This document shows, one piece after another, positions 1-8,317 of a stretch of 64,000 nucleotides of DNA; within the stretch, counting starts at the first letter, position 1; every line of letters starts with the position of its first letter. The position numbers and the translations under genes were made by a program. This DNA is from Pseudomonadota bacterium (lineage in GTDB: Bacteria > Pseudomonadota > Gammaproteobacteria > Steroidobacterales > Steroidobacteraceae). The notes beneath the pieces were generated by a model, which did no database searches, was not told the DNA's origin, and saw nothing but the letters and a program-made list of their open reading frames with translations. The DNA lies in the NCBI GenBank assembly GCA_016720075.1, contig JADJXW010000006.1, forward strand, positions 36,747 to 100,746. Direction: 5' to 3'.

Positions 1-95
1 TCGATGCCCCTTTCAACGCGGCACACGCCGCCGGGTTGACAGCGGTCAACCGCCGGCGGCCTCATGCGTTGCTGTTTCAAATCATCGGAGAAACC

Positions 96-929
96 ATGCG
101 CGGATTATGGCGAGTCGCCCCCCACCTGAGGGTCGTTGCAGGACTGTGCGCGGCGGCGCTGGGCGCGAGCGCGCCGGCCGGGGCCGAGGGTTCGCTGACG
201 CTGTCGGGCCTGTTCGACAGCGACCAGGGCCGCTCGCTGGATGCGGACGTGCGCTGGTCGCCGCTGCCGGCCTGGTCCGTGGGGGCCGGCGTGGGCAATG
301 GCGAGTCGGGGCTGGAGGATTCAGCCCTTTCCGGCACCAGCATCAGGGCGTCGACCGACCTGTACCTGGGGGGCTTCGATGCCGGGCTGTCACTGCAGCG
401 GTGGGAGGACACCAGCAACCTGAAGACCAGATCGCTGCGGGCGCAGGCAGGCTGGACGTTTGTCAGCGGCGTTGGTGTGCATGCGCTGTTCGATGATCGC
501 AGCCTGGACATCACCTACACGCGGCAGGCGCTGCAGGGAGGGGTGCGGGAATCCACCGTGAGATTCGATGGCACGGGCTTCGGCGCGGAGCTGTCCTTCG
601 CCGGCACGCGCTACAACGCGGCCGCGCATTTCATCGACTATGGCTATGGCCGCAGCATGGCGCGCGTGCGTGGCGCGCTGGAGGCCACGGATACCACGCA
701 GTTTCCGCGCGTGCAGTCGCTGGTGGCCTCGCTGGTGACCCGCGCCGCGGGCGGCCCGGACCGGGAAATCGGCTTCAGCGCGGGCAGGGAGTTCACCCGC
801 ACTTCAGTGCAGGGCCAATGGCTGCTGCTGCGCGACGCGCTGACGGGAGAGGAAACCAACAGCCTGACGCTGATCCACTCCTACCGGATCAACCGGCACC
901 TGGAGCTGGACACGACGCTGGGCCTGTAG
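96..929 (+). CDS. hypothetical secreted / outer-membrane beta-barrel-like protein
   Basis: ORF 36..929. The internal ATG at 96 follows GGAGAA and opens a signal-peptide-like MRGLWRV...LCAAALGASAPAGA. The rest is G/S/T/D/R-rich with alternating beta-strand-like segments. No family recognised. Confidence 0.5.
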   Translation: MRGLWRVAPHLRVVAGLCAAALGASAPAGAEGSLTLSGLFDSDQGRSLDADVRWSPLPAWSVGAGVGNGESGLEDSALSGTSIRASTDLYLGGFDAGLSLQRWEDTSNLKTRSLRAQAGWTFVSGVGVHALFDDRSLDITYTRQALQGGVRESTVRFDGTGFGAELSFAGTRYNAAAHFIDYGYGRSMARVRGALEATDTTQFPRVQSLVASLVTRAAGGPDREIGFSAGREFTRTSVQGQWLLLRDALTGEETNSLTLIHSYRINRHLELDTTLGL

Positions 930-1007
930 GAAGGCGCCGCCGATGGCACGCTGGCCTACGGCGGACTGGCGCTCAGGATTCGCTGAAGGGGGCGGTGGGC
1001 TTGCGCC

Positions 1008-1103
1008 TCACGCTGGCGGCGACATCATCCAGAAGCCGACCATCAGCAGGCCAACCAGGCCGATCACGACGTAGCGGAAGTAGGAGCGTTCTTCACCGAA
1101 CAT
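1008..1103 (-). CDS. possible 31-aa small membrane protein (MFGEERSYFRYVVIGLVGLLMVGFWMMSPPA)
   Basis: Found by hand; too short for the ORF track. ATG at 1103 is preceded by GAGGGA with a 6-nt spacer. It has one hydrophobic helix and a TGA stop at 1008-1010. No homology recognised. Confidence 0.25.
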   Translation of the reverse strand: MFGEERSYFRYVVIGLVGLLMVGFWMMSPPA

Positions 1104-1218
1104 GGCGGATCCCTCGCGGTTGAAAGGTGGAGGGATAAAGTAGGGCAAGCGCCCCGTCGGACACCGTGGCCGCGATCACGATCACGCGGCCACGGGCTTT
1201 CCATAATGGCCTGGCGCG

Positions 1219-2082
1219 TTATGCCAGCGCCTTCTTGTAGAGCTCGATCTTGCGGGCCCAGGCCTTCTCGGCCTGTTCCTTGTTGTATACCTGCGAGTCG
1301 ATGGCGCACCAGCCGTGCTGCGCGGCATAGACCTCGATCTCGGCCGGCACCTTGGCGTCGGCGAACGCCTTGCGCAGGATGTCCTTGGAGGTCGGATTGC
1401 TCTTGTCGTCGTTCTCGGCGATCGCGATCAGCAGGCTGGCCTTCATCTTCGGGATGAGCAGGTGCGGGCTGTCCGGATTGGCGGTATTGAGTCCGCCGCC
1501 ATGGAACGATGCGCCGGCCGCAACTCGATCGGGCCGGGCCGCGACCGTGCGCATGACGATCGGTCCGCCCATGCAGTAGCCCTCGGTGCCGATCTTTTTC
1601 TTCTTGTCGACCTGGGACTGCGCATCGAGCCAGTTCACGAATGTGTTGGCATCGCTGTTGTGGGTGGTGGCATTCAGGCCACCGGCGAGCTTCATCAGCG
1701 CTTCGCGCGTGGCCGGATCGCCGAAGTTGGGATTCGGCGGCGCGGTCGGCGCCTTCTGCGTGCGGTAGAACGGATTCACCGTGAGCACCGAATAGCCGTA
1801 CTCGGCCAGGCGCTTGCCCATCTGCCGGAAAGGATCGCGCAGGCCGAAGATGTCGGGCCACACCAGCACGGCCGCATGCGCGCCGGTCTTGGGATGCACG
1901 AAATGGGCATCGCAGTTGCCGTCAGGCGTCTTGATGGTGACTTCGGATTCCGAAACTTCGGCGGCGTTGGCCGCCCGCGGCAGCAGGGCGATCACGCTGG
2001 CTCCTACGCCGAGCGCGCCGAACTGGCGGCGCGAGAGTTCGCCCGCCCGCTGCATGACATCCATTGCATCGTGATCGCACAT
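1219..2082 (-). CDS. dienelactone hydrolase family protein with Tat-type signal
   Basis: ORF 1219..2238. The credible start is ATG 2082 (alternatives 2064 and 2055), giving an ELSRRQFGALGVGASVIALLPRAANA twin-arginine leader. DLH-like core includes GTEGYCMGG (nucleophile elbow) and HGW near the C-terminus. Confidence 0.8.
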   Translation of the reverse strand: MCDHDAMDVMQRAGELSRRQFGALGVGASVIALLPRAANAAEVSESEVTIKTPDGNCDAHFVHPKTGAHAAVLVWPDIFGLRDPFRQMGKRLAEYGYSVLTVNPFYRTQKAPTAPPNPNFGDPATREALMKLAGGLNATTHNSDANTFVNWLDAQSQVDKKKKIGTEGYCMGGPIVMRTVAARPDRVAAGASFHGGGLNTANPDSPHLLIPKMKASLLIAIAENDDKSNPTSKDILRKAFADAKVPAEIEVYAAQHGWCAIDSQVYNKEQAEKAWARKIELYKKALA

Positions 2083-2129
2083 GATCGAAGACCCCCGCGT
2101 TGATGAAGAAAGGCCGTAGCGCCTGGATT

Positions 2130-3344
2130 CTACGACAGCTTCTCGACATCGCGCAGCGTGGGGAACAGCCGCATCCACAACAGCGCGATGACAATGCTGC
2201 CCAGGCCGCCGACGATGACGGCGGGAACAGCGCCCCACCAGGCGGCGGTGACGCCGCTTTCGAACTCTCCGAGCTGGTTCGAGGCGTTGACGAACAGGAA
2301 ATTTACCGCGCTGACGCGGCCCCGCATGTCATCGGGCGTGGCCAGCTGCACCAGCGACAACCGGATGACCACGCTGATCTGGTCGGCCGCGCCCATGATC
2401 CCGAGCGCCGCCAGGGAGATCCACAGGTTGGTGGAGACGCCGAACACCACCGTGGCGATGCCGAAGACGATCACCGCCTGGAACATGCGCATTCCCACGC
2501 GCCGCGCGATGGGCGCGCGCGCCAGCACGTAGGTGGTGATGAGGCCGCCGACGGAAGGCGCGGCGCGCAGCAGGCCCAGGCCCAGTTCGTTCGTGTGCAG
2601 GATGTCCTTGGCGAAGATGGGCAGCAGCGCCGTGGCGCCGCCCAGCAGCACGGCGAACAGGTCGAGCGAGATCGTGCCGAACAGCGTGGGATTGCGGCGC
2701 ACGAAGTGCACGCCGGCGAACAGCGAGCGGAACGTGACGGCGCCGCCGCCGCCGGCCTGGTGCTTCAGGCGCAGCAGTCCGTTGCAAAGGCCGGCGCACA
2801 GCCAGAAAAACGTGCACAGCAGATAGGCCGAACCGGTGGAGAACGCCATCGCGAAGCCGCCCAGCATCGGCCCAGCCGTGGTGGCGATGTGCATGGCGCC
2901 GCTGGAAAGGGCCGTGCCCTGCTGCAGCTGCGCAGTGCTGATCAGGTTCGGCAGCATGGCAGCGGCCGCCGGACGTTCGAACGCCGAGGCGGCGCCGAAG
3001 ACGGCCGAGGCGATGTAGATGTCGAGCACCGTGATCGAGCCGGAAAGGCTGCCCCAGGCGAGGAACCCTGCGGCCAGGCCCTCGATCCACTGGCAGTACT
3101 GCACGATGCGCTTGCGGTTGTAGCGATCCGCGGCGTGGCCGGCGTTGAAGGTGAGGAACAGCGTGGGCAGGAACTGCACCAGGCCCACCATCCCGAGATG
3201 AAAGGCGCTGCCGGTGATCTCGTACACCTGCCAGCCCACGGCCACCGCGATGATCTGGCGCGAGAAGTGCGAGAACAGCCGCCCTATGAAATACAGCAGG
3301 AAGGGTCGGTTGTGGTACAGCGACGGGTGGGCGTGAGACGGCAC
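2130..3344 (-). CDS. MFS transporter
   Basis: 404-aa ORF with about 12 hydrophobic segments. It carries the MFS loop motif GHAADRYNRKR after TM2. Confidence 0.85.
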   Translation of the reverse strand: MPSHAHPSLYHNRPFLLYFIGRLFSHFSRQIIAVAVGWQVYEITGSAFHLGMVGLVQFLPTLFLTFNAGHAADRYNRKRIVQYCQWIEGLAAGFLAWGSLSGSITVLDIYIASAVFGAASAFERPAAAAMLPNLISTAQLQQGTALSSGAMHIATTAGPMLGGFAMAFSTGSAYLLCTFFWLCAGLCNGLLRLKHQAGGGGAVTFRSLFAGVHFVRRNPTLFGTISLDLFAVLLGGATALLPIFAKDILHTNELGLGLLRAAPSVGGLITTYVLARAPIARRVGMRMFQAVIVFGIATVVFGVSTNLWISLAALGIMGAADQISVVIRLSLVQLATPDDMRGRVSAVNFLFVNASNQLGEFESGVTAAWWGAVPAVIVGGLGSIVIALLWMRLFPTLRDVEKLS

Positions 3345-3438
3345 GTGCGCGTGATTCTTCTTGGGCGGGGGCGCGGATAGATTACTGGTTCCGCTCGGGG
3401 GGAGGGGGGATAATCAGGCGCGAAACGCAGGGGATACC

Positions 3439-4486
3439 GTGGGCAAGTCGAAGGGCATCGTGGCTGGCATGCAGGTGGTGGTGGCGCTGGCGCTGTCGGC
3501 GTGCGCCGTGCCGTGGCCTGCGCCATTTCCGGCGTCGCGGCCCGTGCTGATGGCGGTGGTGAGCAAGGCGTTGCCGGGCGTGACGCTGTTCGATGCCGCT
3601 ACCGACCGGCAGATCTGCCAGGTGAAGATGGATGTGGCTCCGCACGAGGCGGCTTTCACGCGCGATGGCCGGCTGCTCATCGTGCCCATCTACAGCTCCG
3701 CCAACATCGGGCAACCCGGTCCCGATGGGCATGCCATCAATTTCATGCGCACCAGCGACTGCGGCATCGAGCATGTGCTCGACACCGGCGCGATCAAGCG
3801 TCCGCATTTCGCCGAGACCGGGACGAGCGGGCTGGTCTATGTCACCGCCGAACAGGACCAGGCCATCCTCATCGTCGATCCGGCGAAGCGGGCCATCGTC
3901 GGGCAGTTGCCCACCGGCTCGCGCAACACGCACTTCTTCGCGCTGACCCCGGATGAGAAACGCATCTTCACCAGCAACGTGGGTGATCGCACGCTGTCGG
4001 TCATCGATGTGCCGGGGCGCCGGCTGCTGGCCACCGTGGATGCGGGCGCTTCCAACCAGCGCATGACGGTCAGCCCCGACGGGCGCTGGTTCGTCACCAG
4101 CCTGTGGCAGTCGCGCAAGGTGGCCTTCTACCGCGTGGCGGATCACCAGCTGGATTTCACCGTTGACATCGATGGCGCGCCATTCGTGGGCCGCTTCAGC
4201 CGTGATGGGGAACACCTCTACAACATGGGCATGGAGCCGGATGCACAGCCGGCCGGCATCCGCGTGTGGAAGATCGACCTTGCCGAGCGGCAGCGTGGTG
4301 GCGCAAAGCAGCGGGAAGCTGGGCGTGGGCACGGGCGGCATCCAGGTGAATCCGGTGAACGGTCTTCTCTACCTGACGGCGTACAGTGGCCAGGTGTCGG
4401 TGCTGGATCCCGACACGCTGCAGTTGCTGCGCCAGTTCCCCGCGGCGGACACGCCCGATGGCATCTTCTTCAGCGCCAACCGCTGA
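3439..4486 (+). pseudogene. YVTN/lactonase-type beta-propeller lipoprotein, reading frame interrupted (frameshift or sequencing error)
   Basis: GTG 3439 follows AGGGGA (alternative ATG 3469). Lipobox LSAC is followed by propeller repeats (TSNVGDRTLSVIDV, VSPDGRWFVTS). Frame 1 is credible up to about IRVWKIDLAE (near 4290). The repeat-like C-terminus SVVAQSSGKLGVGTGGIQVNPVNGLLYLTAYSGQVSVLDPDTLQLL...FFSANR* lies in the +1 frame ending at 4486. Confidence 0.65.
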
Positions 4487-4507
4487 TCGACTTTCCCGGA
4501 GACTCCC

Positions 4508-6526
4508 ATGAAAGCAGTGAAGATATTCGGCATGGTGATCGGTGGGCTGGTGGCGCTGGTCGCGCTGGGCCTGGTGGCAATATGGCTGTTCTTCGATCCC
4601 AACGACTACAAGGATCGCATCACCGCCGCGGTGCGCGAGTCCACCGGGCGCACGCTGTCGCTGCCGGGCAAGCTCAAGCTGTCGGTGTTTCCGTGGGTCG
4701 CGGTCGAAACGGGCGAGGCGAGTCTTGGAAATCCGGAAGGGTTTGGCGATGAACCCTTCCTCACGCTCAAGCGCGCCTCGCTGAGCGTCAAGCTGATGCC
4801 GCTGCTGCGCAAACAGATCGAAGTCGGCCGCATAGAAATCGATGGCCTCGACCTGAAGCTCCGGCAGAACGCCGAAGGCAAGGGCAACTGGGAATACTGG
4901 GGCGAACCCTCCGAGGCCGCAGCGCCTGCCGACGGCGCGCCCACGAGTCTTGACCTGGCGGGCGTGCAGATCGCGGATGCGCGCATCGCATTCGAAGACA
5001 TGGTTGCGCAGAAGGTGAACCTCGACATCGGGCGCATCGCGCCTGGCGCCGGCATTCCCGTCGAGCTGCAGATGGAACTGGTGAGCGCGCCGCAGGCGCG
5101 GCCGATGCCGCTGTCGGCCGAGTTCCTGCTGACTCTCGATCTCGACAAGCAGCAGTACCGGCTGCAGAAGCTGGCGCTGCGGGGCAACCTGCAGCCCGAG
5201 GGCGCGCCCAAGGCGCTGGACTGGCAGTTTGAATCTCCGGCGGTGGAGCTGGACCTGTCTGCCCAGACGCTGGCCGACACTTCCTTCGGTGCGCAGTTCG
5301 GTGCGGCGAAGCTCACCGGCAAGATCGCCGGCAGCAAGTTGATCGACGCGCCGGCGCTCAGCGGCGGCTTCGAACTGGCCGAACTCGCCCCGCGTGAGTT
5401 GATGGCGCAGTTCGGCATCACGCCGCCGGTGACGCGCGACGGCACGGTGCTGGCGCGCTTCGGCGCGAAAGGCGCCTACGCCTGGCAGGGCAGCGTGGCG
5501 CGCATGACCGACCTGTCGCTGACGCTGGATGAGTCGAAGCTGGGTGGCCGGTTTGCCTACGACACGGCCAGCAGCGGCATGGACTTCGCGCTGACGCTGG
5601 ATCGCATCGACCTGGATCGCTACCAGCCGCCGCCCACCGATCCCAACGAGAAGACCGAGCCCATCGAGCTGCCGGTGGACTTCCTGAAGCCGCTGCGGGC
5701 CAAGGGCAGCTTCACCGTGGGACAGATCAAGGTGGGCGGGGCGAACCTCACCGATCTTTCGGCCGGCATCGACATCGCGAACGAGCAGGCCCGCTTCGCG
5801 CCTCTGGGCGCGAAGCTCTACGGGGGAACCTACCGCGGCGACATCCGGATCGACATGCGTCCCGCGGTGCCGCGCCTGACGATGGACGAGCACATGGCCG
5901 GCATCGACATCGCCGCGTTGATGAAGGAATACGCCGACAGCGAGCGCCTGACGGGACGCGGCAACCTCGACGTGAAGCTTGCGGCCAGCGGGCGCAGCGG
6001 CGATGCGCTGCTGAAGACGCTCACCGGCACGCTGGGGTTGAACCTGCAGGACGGCGCGGTCGAGGGAATCGATGTCTGGTACGCCATCACGCAGGCGCAG
6101 TCGCTGATCCAGAAGCGCCAGCTCGCCGCCGCCACGAACAGCAAGCGCACGGTATTCGAGACCTTCCGCGCCACGGCCGATGTGGTGAACGGCGTGGCGA
6201 CCACGAAGGACCTGAACATCGCCTCGCAGCTGCTGCAGATCACGGGCAGCGGCAGCACCAACCTCGTGGCGCAGTCACTGGACTACACCATCACCACCAC
6301 GGTGCTGAAGACCCCGCCGGATGCCGATGCCGGAATCGCCCAGCTGGAACGCGCCCGCATTCCCGTGAAGATCACCGGCACTTTCGTCGACCCGAAGATC
6401 CGCCCCGACCTGGCCGGCATGGCCAAGGAGCGGGTGAAGCAGGAGGTCGAGAAGCGCAAGGAAGAGGTGCAGGAGAAGGTGAAGGAAAAGGTGAAGGACA
6501 AGCTCAAGGGCCTGTTCGGCCGTTGA
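4508..6526 (+). CDS. AsmA family outer-membrane assembly protein
   Basis: 672 aa. N-terminal TM anchor (VIGGLVALVALGLVAIWLFF), then the typical AsmA opening DPNDYKDRITAAVRESTGRTLSLPGKLKLSVFPWVAVE. The AsmA_2-like C-terminal region is followed by a K/E-rich tail. Confidence 0.85.
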   Translation: MKAVKIFGMVIGGLVALVALGLVAIWLFFDPNDYKDRITAAVRESTGRTLSLPGKLKLSVFPWVAVETGEASLGNPEGFGDEPFLTLKRASLSVKLMPLLRKQIEVGRIEIDGLDLKLRQNAEGKGNWEYWGEPSEAAAPADGAPTSLDLAGVQIADARIAFEDMVAQKVNLDIGRIAPGAGIPVELQMELVSAPQARPMPLSAEFLLTLDLDKQQYRLQKLALRGNLQPEGAPKALDWQFESPAVELDLSAQTLADTSFGAQFGAAKLTGKIAGSKLIDAPALSGGFELAELAPRELMAQFGITPPVTRDGTVLARFGAKGAYAWQGSVARMTDLSLTLDESKLGGRFAYDTASSGMDFALTLDRIDLDRYQPPPTDPNEKTEPIELPVDFLKPLRAKGSFTVGQIKVGGANLTDLSAGIDIANEQARFAPLGAKLYGGTYRGDIRIDMRPAVPRLTMDEHMAGIDIAALMKEYADSERLTGRGNLDVKLAASGRSGDALLKTLTGTLGLNLQDGAVEGIDVWYAITQAQSLIQKRQLAAATNSKRTVFETFRATADVVNGVATTKDLNIASQLLQITGSGSTNLVAQSLDYTITTTVLKTPPDADAGIAQLERARIPVKITGTFVDPKIRPDLAGMAKERVKQEVEKRKEEVQEKVKEKVKDKLKGLFGR

Positions 6527-6538
6527 GCTTGCTGCGCC

Positions 6539-6958
6539 TTACAGGTAGCTGATGTTGGCTACCGGATTCAGCGGAATCGAATTCACCAGGAAGCGGCCCC
6601 AGGGCGCGCGCGAGGTCAGGTGCGCGATGCGCTCGCGGATGGCGCCCATGATCATCGGGAAACCATTGGACGTGATCAGCAGCTGCTCGGCTGCCTGATC
6701 GGCCGCGCCGGTCACGTTCAGCACCGCATATGCCTCGACGGAGAACTGGTAAGGCGGGTTCTTGCTCGTCTCGTTGTTGGTCTTCACCGAGACCATGAGC
6801 ACGTAGCGGCCGGGCTGGTCTTCCATCTTCTGGATCTGCTGGCCGAACTCGAGCTGCGTTCCGGCGCGGTCGCCGGCCGGGTCATGGCCCTGGTTGCTAC
6901 GGACTTCCTGCAACGGGAACAGCAATTCCTCGAGCTGCAGCTGCGGCGTGTTTTCCAC
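6539..6958 (-). CDS. SecB-like chaperone-fold protein (orphan, 139 aa)
   Basis: GTG start with GGGGAG RBS. Strand/helix pattern and the C-terminal segment ITSNGFPMIMGAIRERIAHLTSRAPWGRFLVNSIPL parallel E. coli SecB [36 protein letters not shown]. Alignment was by eye only. Confidence 0.5.
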   Translation of the reverse strand: MENTPQLQLEELLFPLQEVRSNQGHDPAGDRAGTQLEFGQQIQKMEDQPGRYVLMVSVKTNNETSKNPPYQFSVEAYAVLNVTGAADQAAEQLLITSNGFPMIMGAIRERIAHLTSRAPWGRFLVNSIPLNPVANISYL

Positions 6959-7043
6959 GTGATACTCCCCAAAAAAATATTGTCAAAAGCCAAAAGAAAG
7001 CGCGGGCGGGAAGTTTAGGGGGCCGGCCGCGGAATGTCGCGCC

Positions 7044-7310
7044 CTAGCGCAGCTGGCTGTCCTTGCTGCCCCGCCGGTTGTAGCCGGCCACGGGTTGCTG
7101 TTCCCGGTCGGCGGCTTCCTGGCAGGCCAGACACAGGCGAACGCCTGGCAGCGCGACGCGGCGGGCCTCGGGGATATCGCTGCCGCATTCGGCGCAGTGG
7201 AGCAGGCTCGGACCGGTCGGCATCTGGCTCTTGGCGCGCTCGATGGCGTCCTTGACCGTGGCGTCGATCTGCTCCTGCACGGCGCCTTCGTGCGCCCATC
7301 CCGTAGCCAT
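7044..7310 (-). CDS. TraR/DksA family C4-type zinc-finger protein (88 aa)
   Basis: Only the C-terminal 88 codons of ORF 7044..8069 look real (ATG 7310). It has a CxxC-N17-CxxC finger: HCAECGSDIPEARRVALPGVRLCLACQ. Confidence 0.75.
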   Translation of the reverse strand: MATGWAHEGAVQEQIDATVKDAIERAKSQMPTGPSLLHCAECGSDIPEARRVALPGVRLCLACQEAADREQQPVAGYNRRGSKDSQLR

Positions 7311-7391
7311 GTGTGCTCCCGCGGGTCCGCGATGCCTGCCCTGGACGGATTCTACGATCGGCGCGGGCGATGGGCTAATCTGGACCCCGAC

Positions 7392-8237
7392 ATGTCGCCG
7401 CGCAGCCGCAAGATTGCCCGCATGCTCGCCCTGAGCCTGGCCCTGGTGGCGGCCGCGGCCTGGGCCGAGCGCGAGTTCCGCGTGTATCGAAGCTTCGAGG
7501 CGCAGGCCGACGAATCGCCGCTGCCTGCGGACTGGAACCGGCCCGCCGGCTTCGTGGTCGGGCGCCTGATGTATCCCTCCGGCATGGGCGGATTCCGCGG
7601 TTTTCGCGGCTTTGGCGGCGACTGGCGCCAGGGCGGCACCAGCTGGGCCGTCGACTATCCCCGGGGCGATCGCTACTACGCCAAGCTGCTGCGGCGGCTG
7701 ACCACCATCGATGTGCGCTCGGTGGAGCAGCCGGTGAATCTCGAGGACGGGGATGATGTGTTCGACTGGCCGTACCTGATGGTCGGGCTGGCCGGGTACT
7801 GGGACCTGGACGATGACATGGTGGCGAAACTGCGTGAGTACCTGCTGCGCGGCGGATTCCTGTTCGTCGACAGCTTTTACGGTGACAGCCAGTGGGAAGG
7901 ATTCAGCGAAGGCATGCGGCGGATTTTTCCGGACCGCTCCATCGTGGACCTGCCCGATGACCACGAGATCTTCCACGTGGTGTACGACCTCGACGGCAAG
8001 CGCGCGGTGCCGCACTTCGAGGAGTTCAGCGGCCGGGCGGGTTTCCTGAGCGGCGGCAGCACGCCGCATTGGCGCGGCGTGCTGGATGACCAGGGGCGCG
8101 TGATGGTCGCCATCGCCTTCAACAGCGATGTCAGTGATTCCTTCCAGTGGTCAGACAATCCCGACTATCCGGCCGACGGCGCCTCCCTCGGGCTGCGCAT
8201 CGGCGTGAATTTCGCGGTGTACGCGCTGAGTCATTGA
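7392..8237 (+). CDS. DUF4159-like secreted protein
   Basis: ATG 7392 opens the signal peptide MSPRSRKIARMLALSLALVAAAAWA. It has WAVDYPRGDRYYAKLLRRLTTIDV and DWPYLMVGLAGYWDLDDDMVAKLREYLLRGGFLFVD blocks, as in DUF4159 proteins. The upstream part of ORF 7095.. is antisense to the TraR gene. Confidence 0.65.
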   Translation: MSPRSRKIARMLALSLALVAAAAWAEREFRVYRSFEAQADESPLPADWNRPAGFVVGRLMYPSGMGGFRGFRGFGGDWRQGGTSWAVDYPRGDRYYAKLLRRLTTIDVRSVEQPVNLEDGDDVFDWPYLMVGLAGYWDLDDDMVAKLREYLLRGGFLFVDSFYGDSQWEGFSEGMRRIFPDRSIVDLPDDHEIFHVVYDLDGKRAVPHFEEFSGRAGFLSGGSTPHWRGVLDDQGRVMVAIAFNSDVSDSFQWSDNPDYPADGASLGLRIGVNFAVYALSH

Positions 8238-8317
8238 GCAGCCGGCGAAACTGCGCTGGCGCGGCCGATTCGCGCACTGCATCGGCAATCGCGAGCGGGC
8301 ACACTGTCGAGCTCCCG

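Noticed and set aside
3361-4752. A single 463-aa ORF spanning the beta-propeller gene and running into the asmA-like gene.
   Set aside because: After about residue 310 the sequence turns into Arg/Gly/His-rich nonsense and overlaps the well-supported asmA-like start at 4508. It is better explained as read-through following a frameshift.
6981-6986. Consensus TTGACA (minus strand) just upstream of the SecB-like gene.
   Set aside because: It is only about 10 nt upstream of the RBS. Any -10 element at the proper spacing would fall on the RBS or start codon, so it is not a usable -35 unless the mRNA is leaderless. The evidence is insufficient.
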